Part shown: positions 31,227-40,781 of the stretch, piece after piece
Layout: each line of letters opens with the position of its first letter
Position numbering within the stretch: position 1 is the first letter of the stretch
Assembly: GCA_027319585.1 (NCBI GenBank)
Contig: DAHVMY010000002.1
Span: 27,155-91,154, forward strand
Length of the DNA: 64,000 bases
Source of the DNA: Candidatus Dormiibacterota bacterium
GTDB lineage: Bacteria; Chloroflexota; Dormibacteria; Aeolococcales; Bog-877
Direction: 5' to 3'
Notes under the pieces: generated by a model
Databases searched by the model: none
What the model was told of the DNA's origin: nothing
Seen by the model: only the letters and a program-made list of their open reading frames with translations
Program-made: the position numbers and the translations under genes

Positions 31227-31891
31227 CGGCACTGAGTGCGATGCCCCGGCTGCTTGAGGTGATCCTGTCGGCGCTCCTCCTGCTGGTCACCTACTGGTTC
31301 ATCGTGACGCGGCGGCTCAGCACCGCGGTGGCCGCCTACGCGGTCCAGTCGTGGCTCCTGGGGCTCGCGGCTCTGATCCTTTACTGGGACACCCGCCTAC
31401 TGGGACTGCTGGTCTTCGGACTGCTGATCATCGTCGCCAAGGGGATCCTGATCCCGAGCCTCTTCCGGCGCCAGGTAGCGTTCGCTCTGGTTGCCGGCAG
31501 AGAAACCGCCTACTACGTCCGCTTTCCTACTGCGCTGCTGATCGGGACGGCGCTGAGTCTGGTCGGTCTGCTCGCGGCCACCGACCTTCCGTTCGTGCCG
31601 CAGCTTCTTCCACCTGCGATCGCCGGCATCGCCCTGGCGGTCTTCCTCCTTGGCCTCTTCACAACCATCGCTCGGCGTGACGCCATCCTGCAGGTGACCG
31701 GGCTACTGGCAGCCGAGAACGGGCTGCTGCTGCTGAGCCTGGTGGTGGCCCCCCAGCTCAGCCTCCTGATCGAGGTGGCGATTGTGTTGGACGTGCTCAT
31801 CGCGGTGCTGGTGATGGGCTTCCTGGTGGCCCGCATGCGGGATGCCGGCACCGGGACAGACACCTCCGAGCTCTCCCGGCTGCGCGGATGA
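31223..31891 (+). CDS. HyfE-like small membrane subunit
   Basis: It is a 222-aa polytopic membrane protein. Its start overlaps the upstream stop. The size and position match hydrogenase-4 component E. Confidence 0.65.
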   Translation: MTALSAMPRLLEVILSALLLLVTYWFIVTRRLSTAVAAYAVQSWLLGLAALILYWDTRLLGLLVFGLLIIVAKGILIPSLFRRQVAFALVAGRETAYYVRFPTALLIGTALSLVGLLAATDLPFVPQLLPPAIAGIALAVFLLGLFTTIARRDAILQVTGLLAAENGLLLLSLVVAPQLSLLIEVAIVLDVLIAVLVMGFLVARMRDAGTGTDTSELSRLRG

Positions 31892-33372
31892 CCAACAGCA
31901 GTCTCATGTTGGCGGTGCTGGCGGTTCCCCTGCTGGGGGGACTTGCCAGCCTGCTGGCCCTCAGCGACCGGACCCGCTTCCTCCTGGTGGTCCCGACTGG
32001 GGTGGCCACCCTGGCGCTGGGCCTCACCCTGATCGCTCGGGTTGTCCAATCCGGCCCGGTGGCCGGGCTGAACCAGTGGCTCTACGTCGATGACCTTGAT
32101 GCCGTGGTGCTGCTGGTGGTCGTGGTGGTGGCCGCGCTGGCGGGAGCCTACTCCGTGGCCTATTTCCGCAGCCCCGCCCAGGCCCACGCTATGCGGCCCG
32201 GCGAGATCCGCAAGTATTTCAGCCTCTTCCACTTCTTCACCTTCACCATGGTCCTGGCGACTGTGGCGGGGAACCTGATCCTGCTCTGGACCGCCGTGAC
32301 CGCCACCACGTTTGCAGCCGCGCCCTTGGTCGATTTCTATGGCTCCCATGAGCCCCTGGAGGCGGCCTGGAAGTTTCTCGTGCTCGCGGTCGCAGGCGAA
32401 CTGATCGCGCTCCTGGGCTTCTTCCTGTTATTCGAAGCTGGGATCGCCGCCCTCGGCGCCAGCTATAACTTCTCGATCCCGGTGCTGGACCGTGCGGGAC
32501 CCCATCTCAACGGGGCCTTGGGGGGAATCGGCTTCTTGATGGTGCTGGTGGGCTTCGGAACCAAGGCCGGCCTGGCTCCGATGCACACCTGGCTGCCCGA
32601 CGCCCACAGCCAGGCACCCGCTCCCGTCTGCGCCATGCTGTCTGGGGCGGAGTTGAATTGCGCGATGCTGGCCATCATCAGAGTCCTCGCTTTGGTCACT
32701 CCAGCCAGCCCCGCGCACGCCCGCGGCCTGCATGAGGCGCTGCTGGCCTTTGGGCTGCTGTCCATGGTGGTCGGGGTCGTGTTCCTCATCGCCCAGCGCA
32801 ACTTCAAGCGCCTGCTGGCGTACTCCTCCGTTGAGCAGATGGGCCTGATCGCGGCCGGCTTTGGCCTGGGGGCTCCCATCGCGACGCTGGGGGCGGCACT
32901 GCAGATGATCACTCACAGCCTTGCCAAGAGCCTCATGTTCTTCAATTCCGGCAACCTGCTGCTGCGCTTCCGCACCACCACGGTGGCGGAGATTTCGGGA
33001 GCCATCCGAGTAGCCCCGGCGTCGGCCATCCTGGTGATCACGGGGGCACTGGCGATCGCGGGAGCGCCCCCGTTCGGGCTCTTCATCTCCGAGTTCGCCA
33101 TCATTGAGGGGGCCCTGGTACGACATGCCTGGGCGGTGGCAGCGGGGCTCGGGGTGCTGTTGCTGGTCGCATTTTTGGCCCTCCTGGAACCGTTCAACCG
33201 CATGGTGTTCGGCACTGGCAGGGGAGAGCCGGTGCCGGCGCGATCCGAGCTGGGCCTGGCGGTGCTGGTGCCGGGCTACCTGCTCCTGGGCGGATTGTTG
33301 GTGCTGGGTGTCTGGATTCCCGGTCCGCTGCACTCGCTGCTCGTGGGTGCCAGTCGAGTTGCCATGAGATGA
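31888..33372 (+). CDS. NuoN/HyfF-like antiporter-type membrane subunit
   Basis: It has the Mrp/NuoLMN antiporter-fold motifs GFGTKAGLAPMHTWLPDAH and PVCAMLSGAELN. Start and stop overlap the neighbouring genes. Confidence 0.8.
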   Translation: MTNSSLMLAVLAVPLLGGLASLLALSDRTRFLLVVPTGVATLALGLTLIARVVQSGPVAGLNQWLYVDDLDAVVLLVVVVVAALAGAYSVAYFRSPAQAHAMRPGEIRKYFSLFHFFTFTMVLATVAGNLILLWTAVTATTFAAAPLVDFYGSHEPLEAAWKFLVLAVAGELIALLGFFLLFEAGIAALGASYNFSIPVLDRAGPHLNGALGGIGFLMVLVGFGTKAGLAPMHTWLPDAHSQAPAPVCAMLSGAELNCAMLAIIRVLALVTPASPAHARGLHEALLAFGLLSMVVGVVFLIAQRNFKRLLAYSSVEQMGLIAAGFGLGAPIATLGAALQMITHSLAKSLMFFNSGNLLLRFRTTTVAEISGAIRVAPASAILVITGALAIAGAPPFGLFISEFAIIEGALVRHAWAVAAGLGVLLLVAFLALLEPFNRMVFGTGRGEPVPARSELGLAVLVPGYLLLGGLLVLGVWIPGPLHSLLVGASRVAMR

Positions 33373-34919
33373 CCGGGTCTGCAGGCATGATGGCGATCGC
33401 CACAGCTGTGGGACTTTCGGCGCACAGCGGAGCCCGCAATGAGTGGGTGGTCGACTGCCCGGCTTCGGAACTGGCCCCGAGGTTGCGCCGGCTGGTCGAG
33501 GAGCTGACTCTGGTCGACCTGTTCGCGACCACCGCCAAGGGATCTCGCCCACGACTCACCGCGGTGCTGGATGCGCCCGGCGACCCCGCCTGGCTGGTGG
33601 TCCACTGCGATCTGCCCGAGGCGGCATTCCCGAGCTTGAGCGCGGTCTCCCATGCCGCTAGCTGGTACGAGCGCGACATTCTGGAGATGCACAAGGTGAT
33701 GCCACAGGGGCATCCCGCCCCCTATCCCCTGCGCCAGGGGAAGTCGGGAGAGCCCGGGCCGAAACGGGCTGGTGGGGCGGCTGGCGCGGGGGACGACTCG
33801 GGGCAGCGGCCCAAGCAGCGCCCAGCCGTGACCGGCCAAGGGGTCTTTGAGCTCCCTTTGGGCCCGGTTCGAAGCGGCCCCCAGGAATCCCAGGGGTTCA
33901 GCTTCTTCTCCGGAGGAGAGGACATCGTCGTCACCGACATCACCCTGGGTTTCAAATTCCGGAGTGTCGAGCGAATCGCCGAAGGTCGCGCTCCGGCCGA
34001 CGTCATCTTGCTCGCGGAGCGGATTGCGGCGTCGTCCTGCTTCGCCAACGCCCTGGCATTCTCGAGAGCGGTGGAGCGGGTGATTGGGGCCGAGGTCACC
34101 CCGTCGGAGCAGTTCACCCGCACTCTCCTGGCCGAACTGGAGCGGGCCTACAACCATCTGGGAGTGATCGGGCGGCTGGCCGAGGCGACTGGTCTGCAGG
34201 TCGCCGCCGCCCAATTCAGCCTGATGAGAGAGCGGGCTCTACGCGCCTCCGGACGGCTCACCGGGCACCGCTACCTTCGAGGCGCGCTGCGGATTGGAGG
34301 TACCGAAGTGGTGCCACCGGAGGGGGACCGGGTTTGGCTGCGCTCCGAGGTCGAGGCGTGGCGGAGCCAAGCCCTCCGCCTGCGTCACCTGCTTGAAGGG
34401 ACCTCCACCTTCGTCGACAGGCTCGACACCACCGCGTACTTGGATCCCGGCTATGCCGCCGAACACAACCTGGTGGGTCCGGTGGGGCGGGCCAGTGGGA
34501 TCGACAGCGACCTGCGCCGCGACCATCCCTACGGCGCCTATTCAGCAGTGGAGTTCGTAGTTCCGCTGCTGTCCCTGGGCGATGCCAAGGCCCGTTACAC
34601 CGTCCACGTGATGGAGCTGGAGCAAACGCTGGGAGTGCTGCTCCAGCTGCTCGACCGCTGGCCCCACGCGCAGCCACCGGCTCCGCTTCCCAAACTGCGT
34701 TCTGGCTCCGCGCTGGGGTGGGCGGAGGCTCCCGGAGGGGCAACTGTCCACCTCGTGACCCTGGACGAGGGCGGGCGCGTCGCGAGGTGGCGGGCCCGTC
34801 CGCCTGCAGTCGTGAACTGGCACCCATTCGCGCACGCGTGCGCGAGCGGCAACAACCTCACCGATTTCCCGGTCATCGAAGCGAGCTTCGGGCTCGCGAG
34901 TGCGGAGTTCGATAGATGA
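33369..34919 (+). CDS. NuoC-NuoD-fused 'large subunit' homologue lacking the NiFe-binding cysteines
   Basis: The NuoC-like signature is WYERDILEMHKV. The L1 motif RxCGxCxxxH reads ERIAASSCFANALAF here. The C-terminus is ASFGLASAEFDR (NuoD-like, GEVDR) instead of DPCxxCxxR. Confidence 0.8.
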   Translation: MTGSAGMMAIATAVGLSAHSGARNEWVVDCPASELAPRLRRLVEELTLVDLFATTAKGSRPRLTAVLDAPGDPAWLVVHCDLPEAAFPSLSAVSHAASWYERDILEMHKVMPQGHPAPYPLRQGKSGEPGPKRAGGAAGAGDDSGQRPKQRPAVTGQGVFELPLGPVRSGPQESQGFSFFSGGEDIVVTDITLGFKFRSVERIAEGRAPADVILLAERIAASSCFANALAFSRAVERVIGAEVTPSEQFTRTLLAELERAYNHLGVIGRLAEATGLQVAAAQFSLMRERALRASGRLTGHRYLRGALRIGGTEVVPPEGDRVWLRSEVEAWRSQALRLRHLLEGTSTFVDRLDTTAYLDPGYAAEHNLVGPVGRASGIDSDLRRDHPYGAYSAVEFVVPLLSLGDAKARYTVHVMELEQTLGVLLQLLDRWPHAQPPAPLPKLRSGSALGWAEAPGGATVHLVTLDEGGRVARWRARPPAVVNWHPFAHACASGNNLTDFPVIEASFGLASAEFDR

Positions 34920-35761
34920 GCCGATGGATTCTCCGGGGTTTGCGCAGCGGAATCCGTACCACCCGCTTCCCGAGTCCGACCCCGCCGTACGAGGAAGGAG
35001 CGAGTTCCACGGTCCGCCTGCAGTGGCAGCGACTCAGCGCCCCGGATGCTCTGGCCGCAGCCCAAATGTGCCCTAGCGGAGCGATCCAGGCGCAGGGTAC
35101 GGAAGTGGAGGGAGAGCTGACCTACGATGCGGGACGATGCATCATGTGCGGCCGCTGCGCCCGGCACCTCCCGCAAGTTTTCCTGCCGGTGAAGGATGGC
35201 CGGGTGGCGGTGCGCCAGCGGAGCAGCCTGGTCACCAGGGTGGGATGGAGCGCGGCTAACCGGCCTCTGCCGCTCGAGTTGGGCCGAGCGGCGGAGGAGG
35301 TCCGCCAGCGAGCGGTCAGGATCTTTCGTCACTCCCTCCACATCCGCCATGTGGATGCCGGATCCTGCAACGGCTGCGAGTCTGAGTTGCAGATGCTGAC
35401 CGGACCCTACGCGGACCTGCATCGGCTGGGCATATTCTTCACGCCGACCCCTCGTCACGCGGATGTCCTGCTCGTGACCGGGGTGGTCACCGTCAACATG
35501 GAGCGGCCTCTCATGGAGACCTATGCGGCGATGCCTGAACCCAAGTTGGTGATCGCAGCTGGGGTTTGCGCGGTCAGTGGCGGCAGCTTCGCCGGAGGCC
35601 CGGTCACCCGGGGTCCGGTGGACCGCCTGCTCCCGGTCGATGTCCACATCCCCGGATGCCCTCCCACGCCCCAGGCCATGCTCCACGGTCTGCTGCTGGC
35701 GATGAATCGGGCAGAGGACAGACCTGGACCTGAGCCTGAGGAGGTGGCTGATGGCGCTTGA
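34916..35761 (+). CDS. NuoB/HycG-like small subunit fused to an N-terminal single-cluster ferredoxin-like domain
   Basis: GSCNGCE, GVCAVSGG and HIPGCPP supply the four Cys of the N2-type cluster. RHADVLLVTGVVT is also present. The N-terminal domain has CPSGAI and CIMCGRCARHLP. Confidence 0.8.
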   Translation: MSRWILRGLRSGIRTTRFPSPTPPYEEGASSTVRLQWQRLSAPDALAAAQMCPSGAIQAQGTEVEGELTYDAGRCIMCGRCARHLPQVFLPVKDGRVAVRQRSSLVTRVGWSAANRPLPLELGRAAEEVRQRAVRIFRHSLHIRHVDAGSCNGCESELQMLTGPYADLHRLGIFFTPTPRHADVLLVTGVVTVNMERPLMETYAAMPEPKLVIAAGVCAVSGGSFAGGPVTRGPVDRLLPVDVHIPGCPPTPQAMLHGLLLAMNRAEDRPGPEPEEVADGA

Positions 35762-37841
35762 GCTCCTGGCAGCCGCCCTGGCATGCTATGCGGTCGCCAG
35801 CCTGCTCGGCCTCGGGGTGCTGTGGTGGCGTGGATTCGCCGAGCTATCGGCTGCGGCGGGGTTCGTGGCCGGCCTGCTCGGAGTGGGCACCGCCGCGGTC
35901 TGGCTGGGCGGGGGGCGTGGCGTCCTGCTCTTACCGGTAAGCACGCCATTGGGTGGCTTCACGGTGGCAGCCACCCCGCTGGCGGCTACCTTCGTGCTCC
36001 TCACGGGGGTGGTGAGCAGCGGCCTGTCGTTGTTCACGGCAGGCTACACACCGCATGTTGGCGGTGCCTTGCGCCAGGCCTGCGTCCACTCGTTGCTCAA
36101 TATCACGTTTGCGGCGGTCATCCTGGTGCTGGCGGCCGCAAATGCCCTCACGTTCTTGGTGGCGTGGGAGACGATGGTGATCGCAACCTACGTGCTGGTC
36201 ACGGTCGAGTTCGATCGGCCGGGCCGGCCTCAGGCCGCGTTTCTGATGCTGGCGCTTTCCAAACTCGGATTCATCGCGATCGCCGGCGGCTTTGCCGCAA
36301 TGGGCGCTCTGCGCAGCGGGGTCTCCTTCGCCACCCTCGCCCGTCATCCGGCACCTGGAGCGGGGCTGGCTTCGATCGTCTTTCTGTTGTTTTTGATAGG
36401 GTTCGGGGTCAAAGCTGGCCTGGTACCGCTGCAGGGGTGGCTCACCGAGGCACATCCGGCGGCACCCGCCAACGTATCCGCGGCGCTGTCCGGGGTCGTG
36501 GTCGCCGTTGCCATCTACGGCTTGGTCCTGACCGTCTTGACCTTGCTCGGCCCGCCCTCCGCCTGGTGGGGCTATCTCACCCTGGGTGCAGGGGTCATCA
36601 CCGCCCTCTACGGAGTGCTGTTCTCACTGGTGGTGCCCAACTTCAAGCGGATGTTGGCCTACAGCACCATCGAGAACCTGGGCTTCATGATCGCCATGGT
36701 GGGCCTGGCACTGGTGTTCATCAGCAGTCATCAGCCGCTCCTGGGGGCTGCCGCGCTGGTGGTTGCGATCCTGCACGCGCTGTACCACGGCCTGCTCAAG
36801 AGCACCGCCTTCATGGGCGCGGGTTGCATTGACGTAGCTACCCATGGCCTTGATCTGGATCGTCTCGGAGGTCTGGCCCGGCGCATGCGGTGGTCCACGT
36901 TGCTCTTCTTCGTGGCCGCCATGGGTCTGGCCGGGATCCCGCCGCTGAACGGCTTTCAAACGGAATGGCTGGGACTCCAGATGCTGATTCGATCGCGCAT
37001 CCTGGCCACCCCCGAGAGCCGCCTCTACCTGGCCGGAGCCGGACTGCTGTTGACGCTCACGTTCGCCCTGGCCACCACCGCCTACGTCCGGGTCTTCGGG
37101 GGTGCCTTCCTAGGCGCACCGCGGAGCCGGGAGGCCCGCCAGGCACGCGAGGTGCCCTGGACCATGCGGCTCGGTATGTTCGTAACCGCCGCCGCCGCCG
37201 TGGTCACCGCTCTGGTGCCGGCAATCGGCATCGGCGCCGCAGTCACCTCCGCCTCGGCAGTCACACGCGTGCCTCAGCTCTTGAACGCCCTGCTTCCGCC
37301 GATCTTCCTGAAGCCCCAGCAGTTCGCACTGCCCGCGCGCCTGGGGGGCACATTCCTGAGCCAGATTCTTCCCGGCAACGGGGTGGTGATCACCCCAACC
37401 AGTTTCAACTACGCGTTCATCTCGCCTCCATACATTCTGCTCAGCCTGCTGGCGGTGATCGGGCTGACCGCGGGCGCAATCCACCTGCTGGGCCGCGGCG
37501 AACCCATGCGGCGGGACCCCTGGGTCGGTGGCGGGAGCAGCTTCCGGCCGTCGATGCAGTACACCGCCACCGGTTTCACCAACCTATTCCGCTCGACCTT
37601 CGGAAGGGTCTTTCGGGATCGGCGCACAGTCGCCCAGGAGTACCACCAGTCGCCTTACTACGCCCATTCGGTCAGCTACGAGCGCAGGGTGGTGGAACCG
37701 GTCGAGACCTATCTCTACCGTCCCGTGGTTCTAGCGGCCCGGCAGCTGTCGGCTCGGTTCGGCGTGATCCAAGGGGGGAACGTCGGTCTGTACCTGCTCT
37801 ACGTGGTCGCGGTCTTCGTAATTCTGCTGCTGATCCACTGA
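35751..37841 (+). CDS. NuoL/HyfB-like antiporter-type membrane subunit
   Basis: It is 696 aa long with about 16 TM helices. The antiporter-fold motifs are GFGVKAGLVPLQGWLTEAHPAAP and NVSAALSGVV. Confidence 0.8.
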   Translation: MALELLAAALACYAVASLLGLGVLWWRGFAELSAAAGFVAGLLGVGTAAVWLGGGRGVLLLPVSTPLGGFTVAATPLAATFVLLTGVVSSGLSLFTAGYTPHVGGALRQACVHSLLNITFAAVILVLAAANALTFLVAWETMVIATYVLVTVEFDRPGRPQAAFLMLALSKLGFIAIAGGFAAMGALRSGVSFATLARHPAPGAGLASIVFLLFLIGFGVKAGLVPLQGWLTEAHPAAPANVSAALSGVVVAVAIYGLVLTVLTLLGPPSAWWGYLTLGAGVITALYGVLFSLVVPNFKRMLAYSTIENLGFMIAMVGLALVFISSHQPLLGAAALVVAILHALYHGLLKSTAFMGAGCIDVATHGLDLDRLGGLARRMRWSTLLFFVAAMGLAGIPPLNGFQTEWLGLQMLIRSRILATPESRLYLAGAGLLLTLTFALATTAYVRVFGGAFLGAPRSREARQAREVPWTMRLGMFVTAAAAVVTALVPAIGIGAAVTSASAVTRVPQLLNALLPPIFLKPQQFALPARLGGTFLSQILPGNGVVITPTSFNYAFISPPYILLSLLAVIGLTAGAIHLLGRGEPMRRDPWVGGGSSFRPSMQYTATGFTNLFRSTFGRVFRDRRTVAQEYHQSPYYAHSVSYERRVVEPVETYLYRPVVLAARQLSARFGVIQGGNVGLYLLYVVAVFVILLLIH

Positions 37842-38459
37842 CCTCCCCGGGCTCTCGCCGCCGCCAGGTGCATCGCCAGTTGCCGTGGCCCGCCGGCGGG
37901 GCGGCCGCAAGGCGTCCCCGGTAATCTCCGGAATCGACGCCTCCATCAGATCGAGGAGCTCCCGGGCCAGCTCCAATCCGACCGAATTTGGTCGCACCAT
38001 GATCTGCCGCCTGTCTCTGGTGCTTGGTTGGCAACCGACCAGCCGCCGCCGCTCGAGCCGATCCACGATCCGGCTGAGCCCACTCGCGCTGAAACCGCTC
38101 TCGGCAGCGAGCCCGGACATCGTTGCCGTTCCGCCGGCTGTGGCGGCCACCCGTACCAGCACCTCCGCGGCGGCGAGGTCGATCCCATGAGCTGCAACGA
38201 CCACCCGGTCCAATTGACCGCCCCACCGACGCGCCTGAGCCAGCAGGTCCAGGATCCTAGCCAGGTTGGGATAGAGGGCTGGTGTCCCTGACTCGCCGAC
38301 CCCCGGTGATGGCTCGGTCCGGCCGCAGCTGCATCTGGGGCCCCTGGTCACGGAGTGCGAATCACGGCTTCGAATCCGAGCCGGCGCCGCCAGGCTCTGC
38401 GGGCCGGTCTCACACTCGCCAGCAACGGTGAGACTTGGTGAAGACAGCCTGATCCCCAC
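37731..38459 (-). CDS. MarR-family regulator (start and C-terminal tail uncertain)
   Basis: The MarR winged helix is LSRIVDRLERRRLVGCQPSTRDRRQIMVRPNSVGLELAR. The 3' 110 nt of the ORF overlap the end of the preceding NuoL/HyfB-like gene (ends 37841), and no clean start codon sits near the expected N-terminus. A frameshift or a shorter protein is possible. Confidence 0.45.
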   Translation of the reverse strand: MGIRLSSPSLTVAGECETGPQSLAAPARIRSRDSHSVTRGPRCSCGRTEPSPGVGESGTPALYPNLARILDLLAQARRWGGQLDRVVVAAHGIDLAAAEVLVRVAATAGGTATMSGLAAESGFSASGLSRIVDRLERRRLVGCQPSTRDRRQIMVRPNSVGLELARELLDLMEASIPEITGDALRPPRRRATATGDAPGGGESPGRSVDQQQNYEDRDHVEQVQTDVPPLDHAEPSRQLPGR

Positions 38460-38933
38460 CGGCGCATGCCGGCGGCGAACCGTCGCGAGCCGTCAGCAAC
38501 CAAGGGGGCGTAGGTGCGGCAGCCGCTTCGCGAACGCCTTGGCCTGGCACCTTCTGGCAGCTCAGATCCATGCACCAAGCCGGCTGCCGGCAACCGCTGC
38601 CTACGCCAGACAGGACGGGACCAACGCGACGGACGGGGCACGGCACCACTCCTGATTCGCAACGACCGCGGCTTCTGTGTAGAAGCCATCAGTCGGCGAA
38701 CCGACGAGCGCGGGCCTCATCGCGTTCCAGATTGTAAGCGGCAAGGGCCCCAGCGGGCGCGGCCGGGCTGGGTCAGCTCCGCTACGGGACCGCACCTCCT
38801 TCCCCGTTTGAGGACATCCCTGTTGGGGGAACCTCGTGCTCGGGACAGGACCGAGGTCCTTCCCGACCGGCCGGTCGCTGCGGCCCCGAGCCGGCCCACC
38901 GTGTTGCGGGCCCCTGGGAAGGCGCCTGCGCGT

Positions 38934-40781
38934 TCACTCGTCGTGCAGGGGGAGGGTCAACCGGGCCACGATCACATTGCGGCGGCGGCGTAGGGCTGCC
39001 GAGAGCACCAGATCGAGGTGGTTGTGAAGGATCCGGTGCCAGAAGTGGCTGGGCACGATGACCGGGATGAGCAGGACCACCCTCCTGGTCGATGAGGGCT
39101 TCAGACTGCTCAGGTATCGGAGCAGGGGCCGCGCCACCGAGTGGTACTGGGAGTGGAGCACCACCAATTCCACTCCCGGGTCCCAGCGCGCCCACTCCTC
39201 CTCGACCGCCTTCTGACGCTCGCTGTCCTCGGCGAACACCACCGTCACCGCATGCACCTCGTCGCCCATCGAGAGCGCCTGAGACAGGGCTTCGCGAGTC
39301 AGCTTGGACACCTCGGTGAAGGGCACCACCACGATCGAGCGGCCCCGCCGGGGCTTGGCGGGGCGATCTCCCAGGCGGATCTCGGCCGCGACCCGGCGGT
39401 AGTACCGGTGAACCCGGACGAAGAGCAGGATCAGGAGCGGAATGGCGATGACCACGACCCATGCCCCCTCCCGGAACTTGGTCAGGACGAAGATCAGGGT
39501 GGAGATGCCGCTGGCGGTGGCCCCGACCGCGTTCAGCGCCGCCCGCCACCGCCAACCGCCTTCGCGGCCCCGGAGCCAGTGACGCACCATGCCGGATTGG
39601 GCCAGGGTGAACCCGGTGAACACCCCGATCGCGAAGAGCGGGATCAGAGAGTCGGTGTTGCCCCCGGTGGCGATCAGGAGGATGGCGGCCAAGACCGCCA
39701 ACGCCACGATCCCATAGGTGAAGACCAGGCGGTCCCCCCGGATCGCGAAGGCGTGCGGAAGGCGGTGGTCGGCCGCCAGCAGGCTCGCCAGCACGGGCAG
39801 CCCTCCGAAGCTGGTGTTGGCGGCCAGGGCCAGGGCCAGCGTCACCAGCAGCGAGATCGCGTCGAACAGCCAACCCCGACCCAACGAATAGGCGACTATC
39901 TGGTTGAGCACCGCGTTGCCGGCCCGGGGCTCGACGTGGAACCTCTGCACCAAAACCGCCAGCCCCAGCAGCATCGCGGCCAGCAGGATGCCCAAGAGCA
40001 GCTCCGTCTGCCGGGCGGTCCTGACCCGGGGCTTGCGAAACAGGGGAACGCCGTTGGCGATGGCCTCGACCCCGGTCAAGGCACTGCAACCCGCCGAGAA
40101 CGCCTGCAGGATGAGCAGCACGCCGACCGCCTGGAGCGTGTGGGTCGCCACCTGGGCAGCGCCGAACTGACGCAGGTGGGGGGCGAAGGGGTGGATCAAA
40201 CCGACCCCGATCACCGCCAGGACCGCGACGATGAAACCCAGCGTCGGCAGGAGGAACGCGCGCGCCCCCTCCCCCAGACCCCGCAGGTTGAGCACGGTGA
40301 TCACGGCCAGGATCGCCAGGCATATGGGCACCGTGAAGGGGAAGAGGCCCGGGAACGCGGAGGTCAGCGAGCCCACCCCGGCGGCGATTGAGACCGCCAC
40401 CGTTAGCGTGTAGTCCACGATCAGAGCGGCCCCCGCGAGCAGGGTGAGCCAGCGCCCCAGGTTGGCGCGTGCGACCGCATAGGCGCCCCCTCCTCCGGGA
40501 TACGCCACTATCACCTGGAGGTAGGACGCCACCAGGAGGCACAGCAGCCCGACGATCGCCAGGCTTATCCAGGGCGCCAGCCGGAGTGCGGCCAGGCCGC
40601 CGGCGCCGAGTGCGACCAGCAGTGCCTGGGGCCCGTACGCGACGGAGGTCAACGCGTCCAGGGAGAGGGCGGAGAGCCCCTCCACAGGATTGATCTCCTC
40701 CTTGGCCCCCTCGCTGGACTTGAGCGGGCGGCCCAGCACAATCCGGCCCAGCTTCAGCGTCACCTGCTCCTTTGCCAACAC
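38934..40781 (-). CDS. kimA: KimA (YdaO)-family K+/H+ symporter (APC superfamily with a C-terminal cytoplasmic domain)
   Basis: It is 615 aa long with a GTG start. LDALTSVAYGP, AYPGGGGAYAVARANLG, LQAFSAGCSALTGVEAIANG, HSQYHSVARPL and HRILHNHLDL parallel the conserved blocks of B. subtilis KimA as I recall them. Confidence 0.75.
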   Translation of the reverse strand: MLAKEQVTLKLGRIVLGRPLKSSEGAKEEINPVEGLSALSLDALTSVAYGPQALLVALGAGGLAALRLAPWISLAIVGLLCLLVASYLQVIVAYPGGGGAYAVARANLGRWLTLLAGAALIVDYTLTVAVSIAAGVGSLTSAFPGLFPFTVPICLAILAVITVLNLRGLGEGARAFLLPTLGFIVAVLAVIGVGLIHPFAPHLRQFGAAQVATHTLQAVGVLLILQAFSAGCSALTGVEAIANGVPLFRKPRVRTARQTELLLGILLAAMLLGLAVLVQRFHVEPRAGNAVLNQIVAYSLGRGWLFDAISLLVTLALALAANTSFGGLPVLASLLAADHRLPHAFAIRGDRLVFTYGIVALAVLAAILLIATGGNTDSLIPLFAIGVFTGFTLAQSGMVRHWLRGREGGWRWRAALNAVGATASGISTLIFVLTKFREGAWVVVIAIPLLILLFVRVHRYYRRVAAEIRLGDRPAKPRRGRSIVVVPFTEVSKLTREALSQALSMGDEVHAVTVVFAEDSERQKAVEEEWARWDPGVELVVLHSQYHSVARPLLRYLSSLKPSSTRRVVLLIPVIVPSHFWHRILHNHLDLVLSAALRRRRNVIVARLTLPLHDE

